From: Tubulanus polymorphus
Lineage: Eukaryota; Animalia; Nemertea
DNA: 64,000 nucleotides
Assembly (NCBI RefSeq): GCF_964204645.1
Contig: NC_134026.1
Coordinates: 31,768,250 to 31,832,249 of the forward strand
Direction of reading: 5' to 3'
The translations under genes were made by a program, and so were the position numbers. How positions within the stretch are numbered: position 1 is the first letter of the stretch; every line of letters starts with the position of its first letter. The notes beneath the pieces were generated by a model, which saw only the letters and a list, made by a program, of their open reading frames with translations, was not told the DNA's origin and ran no database searches. Below are positions 27,801 to 42,300 of the stretch, one piece after another.

Positions 27801-30800
27801 TATCCGTATCTATATCCCGACACGGTTCCGTTCCACCAATCAAATCATCCAATCTATAAATCAAATTTGCATACAACATTCAATCGATTATAATGATTTG
27901 AATATACGTATATAAATCGATTTTGCATATCGCATTCAATCGATGATAGAGAATTAGCATAAATTTGAATATGTAAATATGAATAAATACCTAGTGAGAT
28001 CGTCGATGTGTTTTTTAAGTAAATTGTCCGCTAGGTGGAGTGAGTGTTGTTGAAACAGCATAATATCACTGAGTATCACGTGAGCTTGTCTCATTTTATC
28101 GAGATTGATCAAACCACCGATGCCTATCCTCGTAATAAATCTATCCTCTCCTCCGTTATAGTCACTAGGGAACTACAAAAATATACACAATAAACACGTG
28201 ATATATACATATACACGACTACCCGTAAACTGATGACGTCACAGAGATACTCACATCCACGGTTAGGTCCGGTTCAGATGGTAAAACTGTTATACTCGGC
28301 ATTCCTTGGAAAATCTCGCGTAAATCTCGCAAAAACGCACCGAAGAACGGGACTATATTGCACTGTTTGATATCGAGAGCCCGCGTGACCGCATCGCGAT
28401 AGTCTTTAGTTTGTTCGTGACCCAATAGGAGGCGTGTTAGTTGATCCATAATGGTTAAATCAACGTTTGAGATCGTCAACCAAAATGATTTTAATTTCTC
28501 TGACCTAGAAATAAAGAAAATACGATCAGGTAAATAATAGCCAATCAGCGACTCGCGTTCGGGCTCTCGACCAATCAGAAACGAGATTGATACTTACTTT
28601 AAACCGACGAGTATTTCAGTAGCCGCGTTAAAATTACCCATATTCCAACAGGCTTTAGCTAATCGTAGTATACACGATAACATGGCTTTTCTGTCGTCCT
28701 GAGTCGGTTGAGTTATGAGTACGTGAGTTATCCAACAGCTTACCTTGAAAACAATACAGTTTATCATTATCATCATCATCATCGACATTAGTCTACGCTA
28801 GATGGCGCTGTAAACAAACCTCTTTGAATCGTTGGACCAGATCGTGAATAGTTGAACGCCTGTGATGATGAGGTTTGACGGTAACAGTGTGATCGGTTAT
28901 CGTTATTTGACGGATGTAATAAGCGGGCGAAACACTGACAAATAATTCACTCTCAACTCGAGTCAATCTTAAAGCGACCTCTTCCGGAAAGTGTAGAATC
29001 TGTTGATACGATTCCAGTTCGGCTGTATAGATCATAGCGTGGTCTACTTCCGGTTTAACATTCAGCTGTCGACGGGAATTTATATCAACTGAAACAAAAC
29101 CGTAAAACGTGAGAGAGAGAGGGAGGGGAAGAGGGAGAGGGGAGGGAAAGGGAGAGGGAGAGGGAGAGGGAGAGGGAGAGGGAGAGGGAGAGGGAGAGGG
29201 AGAGGGAGAGGGAGAGGGAGAGGGAGAGGGAGAGGGAGAGGGGGAGGGAGAGGGAGAGGGAGAGGGAGAGGGAGAGGGAGAGGGGAGGCAGAGGGAGAGG
29301 CAGAGGCAGAGGGAGAGGCAGAGGGAGAGGGAGAGGGAGAGGGAGAGGGAGAGGGAGAGGGGAGGCAGAGGGAGAGGGAGAGGGAGAGGGAGAGGGAGAG
29401 GGAGAGGGAGAGGGAGAGGGAGAGGGAGAGGGAGAGGGAGAGGGAGAGGGAGAGGGAGAGGGGGAGGGAGAGGGAGAGGGAGAGGGAGAGGGAGAGGGAG
29501 AGGGAGAGGGGAGGCAGAGGGAGAGGCAGAGGCAGAGGGAGAGGCAGAGGCAGAGGGAGAGGCAGAGGGAGAGGGAGAGGGAGAGGGAGAGGGGAGGCAG
29601 AGGGAGAGGCAGAGGGAGAGGGAGAGGGAGAGGGAGAGGGGAGGCAGAGGGAGAGGGAGAGGCAGAGGGAGAGGCAGAGGGAGAGGGAGAGGGAGAGACC
29701 GGTGTCGAACCCGGGACATCAGACACTGACTCAATAGATTAGAACATGAGAGAGACAGGTATCAAACCCGGGACATCAGAAACTGTCAGCTGCAGGCGCC
29801 GCCCGGTACTTACTGAAGTCGAAACTATGATGTCTAACTGATGATTGTTGTAAATATCTTCCATCTAAATCCATTACCTCCCACAGATTACACATCAAAG
29901 ATCTCAAATCCTCCATAGAATGTGTCGATAGTAATAACGGTTTAGAACCTTGGAATACTAGACTTAAAGCCTCGTTACACTTGCCCGCTCCAGCGCTCCA
30001 ATCCTCCAGGTCTTTAATCGGCTGATTACGTAGTAACGTACGCGTTTTATTATCCAACAATACAATCCGTTCTTTACTGATACCCAACAATCGAGTTATC
30101 TGTAATTATTATAAAACGTGTCAGTTCACGTTGCTATAGATACTGTAGGCAGTTTTTCTACTGATTGTTGTTAATTACCTTTTTATGAGTATTTCCTTTG
30201 AGTATTTCTTTCACCGAATACAATTTACACCCGAACGACGGAAGATTTGTACAGATTTTGATATAAAGTTGTTTCAATTTAACTTCGTTATCGTAATAAG
30301 GAGTATGCCATAGTTTCTTCTGTTTCTCCTATACAAATACAAATACATGTATCCCCAAAATACAAATACATATATCACCAAATATCGTATATCATCAAAT
30401 ACAGATATCATGTTTATATGGTACATAGAGTTTATATGGTACATAGAGTTTATATGGGATTATATGGAATTGGATTATTATGGGATTAAATGGAATGCGA
30501 TATTAGGATTATCTAACACAAACCTTAATAAGATCCCATATTTTTCTGGACTGATTAAATTCCGCCGGTAAATATTGAGTTAAATCATATTTTTTCTCTT
30601 CTTCCTCTTGATCTGAATCTTTCATACACATTAAAACACGTATAATACGACTAGTCGTGCTGCTGCTCGTGCTGCTGCTCGTGCTGCTGCTGCTCGTAAT
30701 CCTGTGAGTCGATGACAGGGATTTTTTCGGTTTTTGAGTCGATCTCATCAAATCTTTTTTTCTCTGTAGATTTTCCAGTTGTATCTAGGATAGATACGGA

Positions 30801-33800
30801 GATAATTAACGCGACTGAGAATGATTCAGTTTTTGTCCTGTCCTCAAAACGCGATTATTTTTACCGTATCTTTTATAAGACGATCTTTTTCAAGAGTTTC
30901 ATTTTGTTCATCGTCATTATTACAGTTTTCATCTTGACTTTCTGCAGCAGCTGCTGCTGCTGCTGCTGCTACTGCTGCAGCTGTTGTCTCGGGCCACGCA
31001 TCATCTATATGTAAATGTATTCCTGCTAACGTAGCTGCCTCGTCTTTACTGCATGGTAATTCACCCTGTATTACCAACTGTTGTAACTGTAATAATCAGT
31101 ATTACAGTATTACTTATATCAACCAGGTTGTTCCCCCCTCTCTCCCGCCATGTCGCAGTACCCCCTCCCCCTCCCCCATGTCGCAGTACCCCCCACCCCT
31201 CCCCCATGTCGCTGTATGACCCCCCAGCCCTCCCCCATGTCGCAGTACTCCCCCCCACCCCCACCCATGTCGCAGTACCCCCACCCCCACCCCACCCCTC
31301 CCCCATGTCGCTGTATGACCCCCCAGCCCTCCCCCATGTCGCAGTACTCCCCCCCACCCCCACCCATGTCGCAGTACCCCCACCCCCACCCCACCCCTCC
31401 CCCATGTCGCTGTATGACCCCCCAGCCCTCCCCCATGTCGCAGTACTCCCCCCACCCATGTCGCAGTATGACCCCCTGTAGTAGTATTGTGATGTATTAT
31501 TTACTGTCTCCTATTTGAAGATATTTGAAAATACCAATTCAACTGGAGAAGCCCGGCTCCCCTCCTACCCCCCTCTCCCCACCCCGCTCTCCCTCCCTCC
31601 CCGCCCCCGCTAATGTACTACAGTAATAACCTCCTTACATGTCTGTAATCTCTTAAACCTTTACTTTATGTTTCATATTTCAAACATCTTAGTCACACAG
31701 ACAACGCTAATTAATGCTTTTAATTACTTAACATTAATCAATGTCTTACGAGCTGAGAAATTAACAATTAGCGGGTTGAATTAACGCGTGAGGTTCTATG
31801 GTGTAATGGTTAGCACTTTGGACTCTGAATCCAGCGATCCGAGTTCGAATCTCGGTAGAACCTTCTATTTTTGCGCCGACCTAGGGTTAGGGTTAGCTAC
31901 AAGACCTAGGGTTAGGGTTAACCGGTCAACTGTAGGTTCTATGGTGTAATGGTTAGCACTTTGGACTCTGAATCCAGCGATCCGAGTTCGAGTCTCGGTA
32001 GAACCTTCCTTTTTGTCTCAAAATGATAACAATTTTTCTAAAATACAGGCTCAAATTTTACCTTTTTGTATTGTTGATGGACCGACTGCGGACTGTCGGG
32101 GTCAAGGTCACAGTGTTTCTGCGCATCGAATTCCTGAAAATCAATAATCAATTTTAAAAAAAAACAAAAACATTTCGGTAAAAAATTATAAATGAACCCT
32201 AGAAATTCCGTTATAACGATTCTATCGTTCTTAACCCTAACACTTTCTGAAAACAAATGAATTAAAACATTTCATTCTTTACTTTTCCCAAATTCGTTAT
32301 AACGCCAATTTTTTTGGACCCAAACTTTAACCGGCGTTAAGATATATATTTGTATGATGCTGGTAATCCACGTGCAGTAGCCGAGACTGGATTCCCCCTC
32401 CCCCCACTATGTTAACATTACCCCCCCCCCCCATGTTAATATACACCCCGATGTTAACATACCCCCTCCCACCGCCGCCCCCCCCCCCCCACGATGTGAA
32501 CATACCTCCATTTTCAGTAATCCCCAAACAGTTTGACTCCACACTCTGTATTCCGGACCGAGGCTGGCCATACGCGATAGAAAGTCTTTCATTTCCGTTT
32601 TAATAGCCTCTAAATCCAAACTGCAAGTCTCCAGCCAACTCTCTATAATTCTCATAGCTGCTTTATGCAACGGCGGAATATCCGCTACCGGACTAGTCGG
32701 ACTAGTACATATAACGTGTCTTACCGGACTAGTACCCGGATGTAACGATGTAATTGATAAATTACATTCAGATTTCTCAGAATCTATCGCAGCGGTATTG
32801 TCCTCTAGTAACGCGGTATCGCCGCCGCTATGAAGCTGCTGATTGGTCGGCAGTCCGTTATCGTTTACTAACAGGTTTTTAGTTTCAGACGAGGAAGGCG
32901 TATCTGCCTGACTGCCGCAAGGGGACGCTGCTGCGAAGTGTACCACGATATTAGAAGCGGCACTTTCCATGCTCGCTGACGTCACTTGTATATCACAAAT
33001 ACCATTTTCAGGAATATTATTAGTAAGAGTATTTTCGTATAAAACAGTAGGTAAAAGATGTCCGCTACAAATAGATTGAGATCGTTCATTAACCATAGTC
33101 CGTACAGGATGGTTACTGGTAGAGGTTAATACACGTATAGTCGTAGAGTCGAGCACGTGTACATTAGGTACAGAGTTAGATCGTGATAACATCGGTGAAA
33201 CACTCGCCGAATCGAAATGCGGTTCCATTACAAACGTCGGCAAATTTATCAACTCTCGTTGAAACGCGAGAATATCGATTTCTCTCGCTTTATCGTCCGG
33301 CGACGGTGCCGCCACCTGTTGTAATAGTTTCACTTGCATACGTCTGGTCGCGTGTTCCAGACGAGCGCAATGTTCCGAGTTACGCCGCCTGGTGGCGTCC
33401 ACGTGAGCTAACGCTAGATTGCCGTGTGATTTTGATATCCGTTTTTTAACGCTCGGCCATTTGAAAATCTTCCTCGTTTTCACTTCGTTATCGTGTATAT
33501 CACTGTCGATAGGTGGCGACACAGTAGGCGGTGATAGACTATCGGCTGCGTCGTTAATAGTCGTCGATTTAAAACTGGATCTGCTGCTGTTACTATCTTT
33601 CTGTATTAACGGATCAGTAAATGTAGAAATACCGTCCTGATCACTGTCCGTCGTTACTCCTGAACTAAACTGATCCTCCATTATATGAACCCTTAAATTC
33701 GGTTTACGTCGCTTAGTAACCGACCCACTGGATACTAATTGAGCGGCGAATTCGTTCTCCTGACCGCCGCGAGGGGGACACGTTTTAGTTTCTATTTGTA

Positions 33801-36800
33801 CCTCTGGTAGCTGTAATCCACTAGTTCCACTATTTCCACTATTCCGCGTTTTACGGCGGATCATTCCACCGAATATCTTATGGCACAATAATCTCAATAT
33901 TATAACCGGATGTACGATAACCGGAAGTGTCGTAAATAATAAATCCGTCACCGAATAATTGTGCGTGAAATCTAAATAGTTGTCTAGGAAACTGTGTCGA
34001 TTGTTGCCTCGTTCCGATGTCGGACTCGATGACGTCACAATAGGGAAGAAATTCCAATGTCTCGAATCCGATGAATCAGACGCGGCATCCTACAATAGAT
34101 ATTTAAAAAACATATACTATACTGCCCCCTAGTGGTGTATACAGATATACTGACTCCCCCTGGTGGTACATATCGAAACTAACCTCTATGAGTTGTGCGA
34201 CGAGGCCCTCGAGGGAACAGGACTTCAGGTGACCCTGTTGATTCCATATTTGTATTTTACCTAAAGCCATTGACTCAATGAACACATCCTCCGGATAATG
34301 AACCTGTAATACCGGATTAGGAGTATCATCCGTAAACGCTGCAATTAAATAACACATATATTTATATTTACTAGTTAATCCGGGATTATCGTAGGCCGAG
34401 TATAAATCAATACACATACGTCTTGTATCGAATAGATCCACACGACCTCCGAGACAATGAAACGAACCCATATAAACCAGTATCCTAGCAGCGTGATATT
34501 TCACGTATCTTGCGTATTTAGTGCTGTGGTTGGTGTAGTACCACTCATCTGACGGTAGGAGGAGCTGCATTAACGCGTCTGCTATTAACGCGTCAGACAG
34601 GGCCGGTTGATATATCGGGTTCATCGCTATATTCGCTATAGCTTGCAATATTAAACATAATAAATGCTGAAAATAATCAACATAACTCTATATAAAAGTG
34701 GCCCAGTGATTATTAACCCCTTCCCGTCGAATCGCGACTTACCGGGTCATGATTCGGGTCTAAGGCTTCGACCAATGTTTTGATGTGTCCGTCGTTCACT
34801 ATTTTATATTGAACATGAGATCCATGACACATGACAGTTAGTACACGAGCACTGAGTATCTGTATACAGTGATAAGTGCACGCTCTACATCTCGTACTAG
34901 GCGCGCATTTAGCACGAGTTCCCGTTATTCGATTATACATCGTGATACTGTTATGAAGCACGTTTAATATTTGTCCCGGATCGCTGTTTACCAGTTTCTC
35001 TAAAGGCGTTAAAGTCTCATCACTAAAATCGATATTCTCTTCTTCTTTAGGTTTATCCTTACCTACATCGACACTGGAACGTTTACTCTTCAGGGAATAT
35101 TTCTGTTCGTGTCCGGCTCCACCGTTTGAAGGTTGTTTTATCAGTTTTTTATTGATAATATCATCGAGATCTTTATTTTTTCCCATACCCCAAACCTCAT
35201 AAGTGTTATTAACGATGCACATGTCGATGATTCGATTAATAGAAGTTAAAGCTGTAAAATGTAACGATTGTTTTCCTTTCAAAAGCTCGAACGCTGTGTT
35301 TAGTAATTTAGCTAATTGTGTGAATGTATTGTGTTTATCTTCTAATGATGAACAGTCGTCTAATTCTTCTTGACAAGTCTGAAATACACGACAATATATC
35401 AGCATCAGCATCAACCTGCAACCCCTCAACCTGTAACCCCTCAACCTGCAACCCCTCAACCTGTAACCTGTAACCCCTCAACCTGTAACCCCTCAACCTG
35501 TAACCCCTCAACCTGTAACCCCTCAACCTGTAACCCCTCAACCTGTAACCCCTCAACCTGTAACCTGTAACCCCTCAACATGTAACCCCTCAACCTGTAA
35601 CCCCTCAACCTGTAACCTGTAACCCCTCAACGTGTAACCCCTCAACGTGTAACCTACACTCTTGAATAGTGAATGTCTGAGGAGTAGAAGTTCCAGACTT
35701 TGGAATCGAACCCCGAATAAACAGGATAGAAGCCACTTGACCACAGGTTAATATCCGTTGGACGTCTCTGGTTCTATGGTGTAATGGTCAGCACTTTGGA
35801 CTCTGAATCCAGCGATCCGAGTTCGAATCTCGGTAGAACCTTCTATTTTTTCTCCGACCTAGGGTTAGGGTTAGCTACAAGACCTAGGGTTAGGGTAAAC
35901 CGGTCAACTGTAGGTTCTATGGTGTAATGGTTAGCACTTTGGACTCTGAATCCAGCGATCCGAGTTCGAGTCTCGGTAGAACCTCGTTTTTTTTTTATTT
36001 CAACGACCTCCACCCCTCCCCACCCCTCTCCTCTCCACTCCCTCTCCTCCCCCTCTCCTCCCCTCCCCTCCCCTCTCCTCCCCTCACCTCCCCCTCTCCT
36101 CCCCTCACCTCTCCTCCCCTCTCCTCCCCCTATCCTCCCCTCTCCTCCCCCTCTCCCTCGACTAGACGAAGGTCACAAATTTCCCAGTTAAGGTTAAGAC
36201 TCAGTAACAACAAGAAACCTAACGAACAGTCGATCAGAATTACCTGAATAATTTTGGTAAATAGTTCATTAACGGCTTTCTCAATGACAGGATCATTGGT
36301 GTGATCGGATATTGACATTACAGATAACATACACGTCGCTAACCCATCTACGAGCGGTGGAACACATTCAGAATTCATCGCCAGTTTTATCAATACATTC
36401 AAACATCTTTCCGTCTCATCGAATCTGTTTTTATCTGTGAGAAGGAGAAACAGAGACACGATCATATTAATTATTTAACAAATATATAATTGAAGTGAAT
36501 CCTCGCAACGGAAATAGTTTGTTACGTCATCATTGTCTGTCAGTCGTAGAGTTTATATGAAATGGACACGATTTTAAACCTGAATCGACCTGACGATAAA
36601 CGTCGTGTATCTCGATTTTAATTCTCGAGGAATTAAATTCGTCTAAATTCTGTCTATGATAGGAGAGGAGGTTTCAAACCGGGCTCATTTTAACTATCGA
36701 TTTCACACACACACACACACACACATTGTATGAGTGGTGCCCCCTGGCGATGGAGTAGTAAAGTATATCAATAATCGATCGATAAGTAGGTGCTCTGTTG

Positions 36801-39279
36801 TTAGATTGATTGATTGATTGATTGATTGATTGTGTATCAATAATCACTCACTTTTTACACGTGTCTGCAGCCTGTCTACATAGCGTGTGTATGCAGGCGG
36901 CACTGGTAAGCGAGGATGTTATCAGGACCTCACCACACCCTACATTGACCCCCGCCTCTTCACTCCTTCTTGTCACTCCACACCCAACTTTATTCATTGA
37001 CAAACAAGCACGATTAATTCTCAACGGGGGTCATTATAAATGTGCTAGCTGTGGCAGGTGAGGCCGCTACTCTCGTGTGTTGTACTGTATATGTTTTAGT
37101 AGCGCAAGCAGCTCTGGTAAGCGAGGTTTACAGATTCTTATCACGTTCTCATTGATTTTAACGACTTCTGATGAGAAACAATTTCTAATTAACAGATGTT
37201 GAATTGTCTATTGAATCGTGCGTGCGATCAGCCCTTCCGCCCTTCCGCCCTCCGCCCTTCCGCCCCTTAATCCTTGTCATATACATTATAAATGAATGTA
37301 CAGTCATAATGATCAAACCTGATTGATTATTGATCGATTGACTGTTAGATGAAATAAACAGCCGCCCCGGTGTCTGAATATAGGTGGCGCTGTAGCTTAC
37401 CGTTTTGTTGAATGAAACTATTCCATGAAGCTGGTGCTGATGGGAACCGCATCACATTTAGAGCATCCAACTCCATCATACATTGTACATACACAGAGAG
37501 ACACAGAGAGTATCACTGTATATCAATTATCACTTCACTACGACACGCCCCCTAGCGGCACAGATACACACAATCAGTCTCATCCTGCGTGTGAGCAACC
37601 GTAAACCTCCTAACTATCAATTATCACTTCACAACACCACGCCCCCTAGCGGAAACGCTGTATAACACTAACCTGTTTGTTGACAATCCGATGTTGAAGT
37701 TATGTCAGATTTATTTTTACACCTTGTTTCCCGGAAACTGAGCCGATTTTTTAAACTCGGTCGTTTTTGATTCGATTCCTGAAAATGAGAGTGAAATTCT
37801 GTTAACGGAGTGAACAGTTCGAGTGAGGCTCTGGCAATCGAGGCCCGTCTGTTAACGGAGTGAACAGTTCGAGTGAGGCTCTGGCAGTCGAGGCCCGTCC
37901 GTTAACGGAGTGAACAGTTCGAGTGAGGCTCTGGCAGTCGAGGCCCGTCTGTTAACGGAGTGAACAGTTCGAGTGAGGCTCTGGCAGTCAAGGCCCGTCT
38001 GTTAACGAAGTGAACAGTTCGAGTGAGGCTCTGGCAGTCGAGGCCCGTCCGTTAACGGAGTGAACAGTTCGAGTGAGGCTCTGGCAGTCGAGGCCCGTCT
38101 GTTAACGGAGTGAACAGTTCGAGTGAGGCTCTGGCAGTTGAGGCCCGTCTCTTAACGTAGTGAACAGTTCGAGTGAGGCTCTGGCAATCGAGGCCCGTCT
38201 GTTAACGGAGTGAACAGTTCGAGTGATTGAGTATCAAAGTGGTTCCTAGGGATAAATCCTCAATCTGGGTAACAACCACCATAGTAACAATGAGAAACCA
38301 TGGTCATAACTGACAAATTTCAAAATGTTCCCAGGGACTATTTTTCTTCCATATTTATGAAACCCGGCCGAAAAGAATAAGGACAATCGTAAAGCGCGTA
38401 AAGCGACTGTTCTAGGTCACATACAATGATTAAGTAGTTTTTGATGAATTCTATGTGGACCAGCCTCCGCCTTAGAATCATCAACACCAGCCAGGTAAAT
38501 ACCGCTGCAGCCGAGCATCAGTATGGGACAAATAGTTACCATGGTAACCGTCTCCTCTCAACTGTTTTGTGTCGTTCTTCAGATCGGGAATCACGCAACA
38601 CGCACAAACACGCACTATACACGCAAAATGAACGCAGTTGGCGACAATGGACCTGTGCGTCCGTAAAGTGCTTCACCCCTACACCTCCCCCTCCCCGGGG
38701 TAACTCTATCCGTCTGTCTGTCCCACTTATAGTTGTTTTACTATGAATCACTTGCGAGATCGATACATTCTGAGAAACACAGTGAATCACAATGATAGAT
38801 AGATTCCTCGCTTACCGCTGCTGTAAGTGTGTCATCCTACTGTCATGGCGAATGATTTTCTTATATAATAGGTAACACTAGATAATCCGATAATCCAATA
38901 ATCCAAAACTGATATTTCACTGATCCAAACATAAACAACTGATACTGCACTAATACAAATATACAAAACTGATATACTGCACTAATCCAATAATCCATAA
39001 CTGATAATCCAGTGGACTCGGTGTCTTAGACGTTTATGAAGGGTAACTGGGGCACAACGTGAATGAACAGGAACGCCGTCACCAAGGCGAAACACACATT
39101 ATTGTGACCTGAATAACGCTGTTACCCAGGAAACCACGACAATCAATTACACTTTTCCAACAGAATAATAAGAAACATTATATAACAGTATTTATGAATA
39201 GTTGAATTAATGCGTGGAGACAGAATCATATAGCAGCAGCAGCGGCAGCGGCAGCGGCAGCGGCAGCGGCAGCGGCAGC

Positions 39280-39322
<43 letters not shown>

Positions 39323-42300
39323 CAGCGTGTGGCAGGACTTACTTCTTAACACCGAGCTACTTAATTAACAAATAGGTAAATGGCATGGGACTTAACGAGA
39401 ACACGGGCTTAGCGAGATAGTTACCGGGAGGTCACGGGCTTAGCGAGATAGTTACCGGGAGGTCACGGGCTTAGCGAGATAGTTACCGGGAGGACACGGG
39501 CTTAGCGAGATAGTTACCGTCAGGACACGGGCTTAGCGAGATAGTTACCGGCAGGACACGGGCTTAGCGAGATAGTTACCGGCAGGACACGGGCTTAGCG
39601 AGATAGTTACCGGGAGGACACGGGCTTAGCGAGATAGTTACCGGGAGGTCACGGGCTTAGCGAGATAGTTACCGGGAGGGCACGGGCTTAGCGAGATAGT
39701 TACCGGGAGGGCACGGGCTTAGCGAGATAGTTACCGGGAGGACACGGGCTTAGCGAGATAGTTACCGGGGGCTGTCTGCTTAATTATAACATGGTGAATA
39801 TTCTAAGTCATGATCGCGACAAACTTCCCCCTAACAACCGGAAGTAATTACTAGACTACAATCTCAGATAAAACGGCCGTGAATGTAAGCACGTTCTGTG
39901 CTGACTCTAATTGAGTAGCTACCGACAATCCTACACTAAAAACACTGTCGACACTGACCTTGGCATCTCCACTTATGTGACAAAACTACACTGCAGGTCC
40001 TAAACAGCATGAACCACAGTGCAGGTCCTAAACAGCATGACCCACAGTGCAGGTCCTAAACAGCATGACCCACAGTGCAGGTCCTGAACTAGATGACTCA
40101 CAGTGCAGGTCCTGAACTAGATGACCCACAGTGCAGGTCCTGAAGTACATGACCCACATTGCAGGTCCTGAACTAGATGACCCACAGTGCAGGTCCTGAA
40201 CTACATGACCCACAGTGCAGGTCCCGAACTAGATGACCCACAGTGCAGGTCCTGAACTAAATGACCCACACTGCAGGTCCTGAAGTACATGACCCACACT
40301 GCAGGTCCTGAACTAGATGACCCACAGTGCAGGTCCTTAACTACATGACCCACAGTGGAGGTCCTGAACTAGATGACCCACAGTGCTGGTCCTGAACTAG
40401 ATAACCCACAGTACAGGTCCTGAACTAGATGACCCACAGTGGAGGTCCTGAACTAGATGATCCACAGTACAGGTCCTGAACTAGATGACCCACACTGCAG
40501 GTCCTGAACTAGATGACCCACAGTGCAGGTCCTGAACTAGATGAACCACAGTGCAGGTCCTGAACTAGATGACCCACAGTACAGGTCCTGAACTAGATGA
40601 CCCACAGTACAGGTCCTGAACTACATGACCCACACTGCAGATCCTGAACTACATGACCCACAGTGCTGGTCCTGAACTAGATGACCCACAGTGCAGGTCC
40701 TTAACTACATGACCCACAGTGGAGGTCCTGAACTAGATGACCCACAGTGGAGGTCCTGAACTAGATGACCCACAGTGCTGGTCCTGAACTAGATAACCCA
40801 CAGTGCTGGTCCTGAACTAGATAACCCACAGTACAGGTCCTGAACTAGATGACCCACAGTGCTGGTCCTGAACTAGATGACCCACAGTGGAGGTCCTGAA
40901 CTAGATGACCCACAGTGGAGGTCCTGAACTAGATGACCCACAGTGCAGGTCCTGAACTAGATAACCCACAGTGCTGGTCCTGAACTAGATAACCCACAGT
41001 ACAGGTCCTGAACTAGATGACCCACAGTACAGGTCCTGAACTAGATGACCCACAGTGCTGGTCCTGAACTAGATGACCCACAGTGCTGGTCCTGAACTAG
41101 ATGACCCACAGTGGAGGTCCTGAACTAGATGACCCACAGTGCAGGTCCTGAACTACAGTGCAGGTTGTGAGTATAAGAACTGTAGGTTGTAAGTGTAATG
41201 ACCGATGTCTATGTGTAGCGCACTCAGTTAACGGATGACTCAGTCTTTACTGATGGAGGAACATCACAAAACAACAACAACAATAAATCTTACCTTCACG
41301 CTTCCACTCGATTCTATATAATCGTGTTGCTGTGGGTTACTACTCTGCGATGATGTAATTGTTGTAGGATTAGGATTAGAATCGGATTGTTGATGTTTAG
41401 TACTAGGTATCCTCGAATGACAACTTTTACCGGATACTAAAGAAGGAGTTCTTTCCCGGAATGAATATTCCCTTTCCGCAGCGTTCATCACGTTATTCTC
41501 TTTTTTACGTTCTCTCATTCTGTTTCGGCCCTCGCTATTAAACCGCTTTAACAGACGAGCTTTAGCCGAACTGTATCTGGAAAGATGATTCGACGAGTGT
41601 CTGTCATCAGCGGCGGCGCCCGACGACGACGCGAACAGTAACGTCGTACGTAAAATACGTCGCTGTTCTCGTTCTAATCCAGGATTAAGATCGACGGGTC
41701 TCAAGTCGGATTTATTTTTTATCAATATCTTAGCCCCATACTCGAGTAGTATCCTACTACAGTCTGTTGACTGAAACGCCTTACTGGAAGCTAAGTGTAG
41801 CGGAGTGCTGCCGTCTGTCAGCTCGTCTCGAAAGTTTGCGTCGGCTCCGAATTTCAGTAGAAATCTGGTGATTGTTGAGTTTCCCTTAGCAACGGCTAGA
41901 AATAACGGCGGTAACGTGAATAAATGATCTAGAGAGTAAATACGCGTAAAACTATTACTGTAGTGAGTAGCAACATGAATAGGCGTAGGAGAAGGAGTAG
42001 GAGCAGGAATAGGAGTAGGACTAGGAGTAGGAATAGGAATAGGAGTAGGAGTAGGAGTAGGACTAGGAGTAGGAACAGGAATAGGAGTAGGAGTAGGAGT
42101 AGGACTAGGAGTAGGTACGAGGAACGTTATATCATCATTAGATCGATATTGTTCGGTTGAATTGTTATAAAAGATGAATCGATCTTGTTTTTCTTTAGAA
42201 GGAGTTCTCTGTAGTATATGTGTTCCGCTATCGGGATCTATTCCAATACCTGCTTCATTCACATCGATACCGTATCTCAATAACAGTTTCACTACATCCA

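Noticed and set aside
21985-35900. TTAGGG runs as telomere or chromosome-fusion relics
   Set aside because: Only two-unit motifs in fixed contexts beside tRNA-type elements, not arrays.
37799-41163. Regular 28-50-bp repeats superficially like CRISPR arrays
   Set aside because: Head-to-tail units without unique spacers, no cas genes, eukaryotic intronic context.
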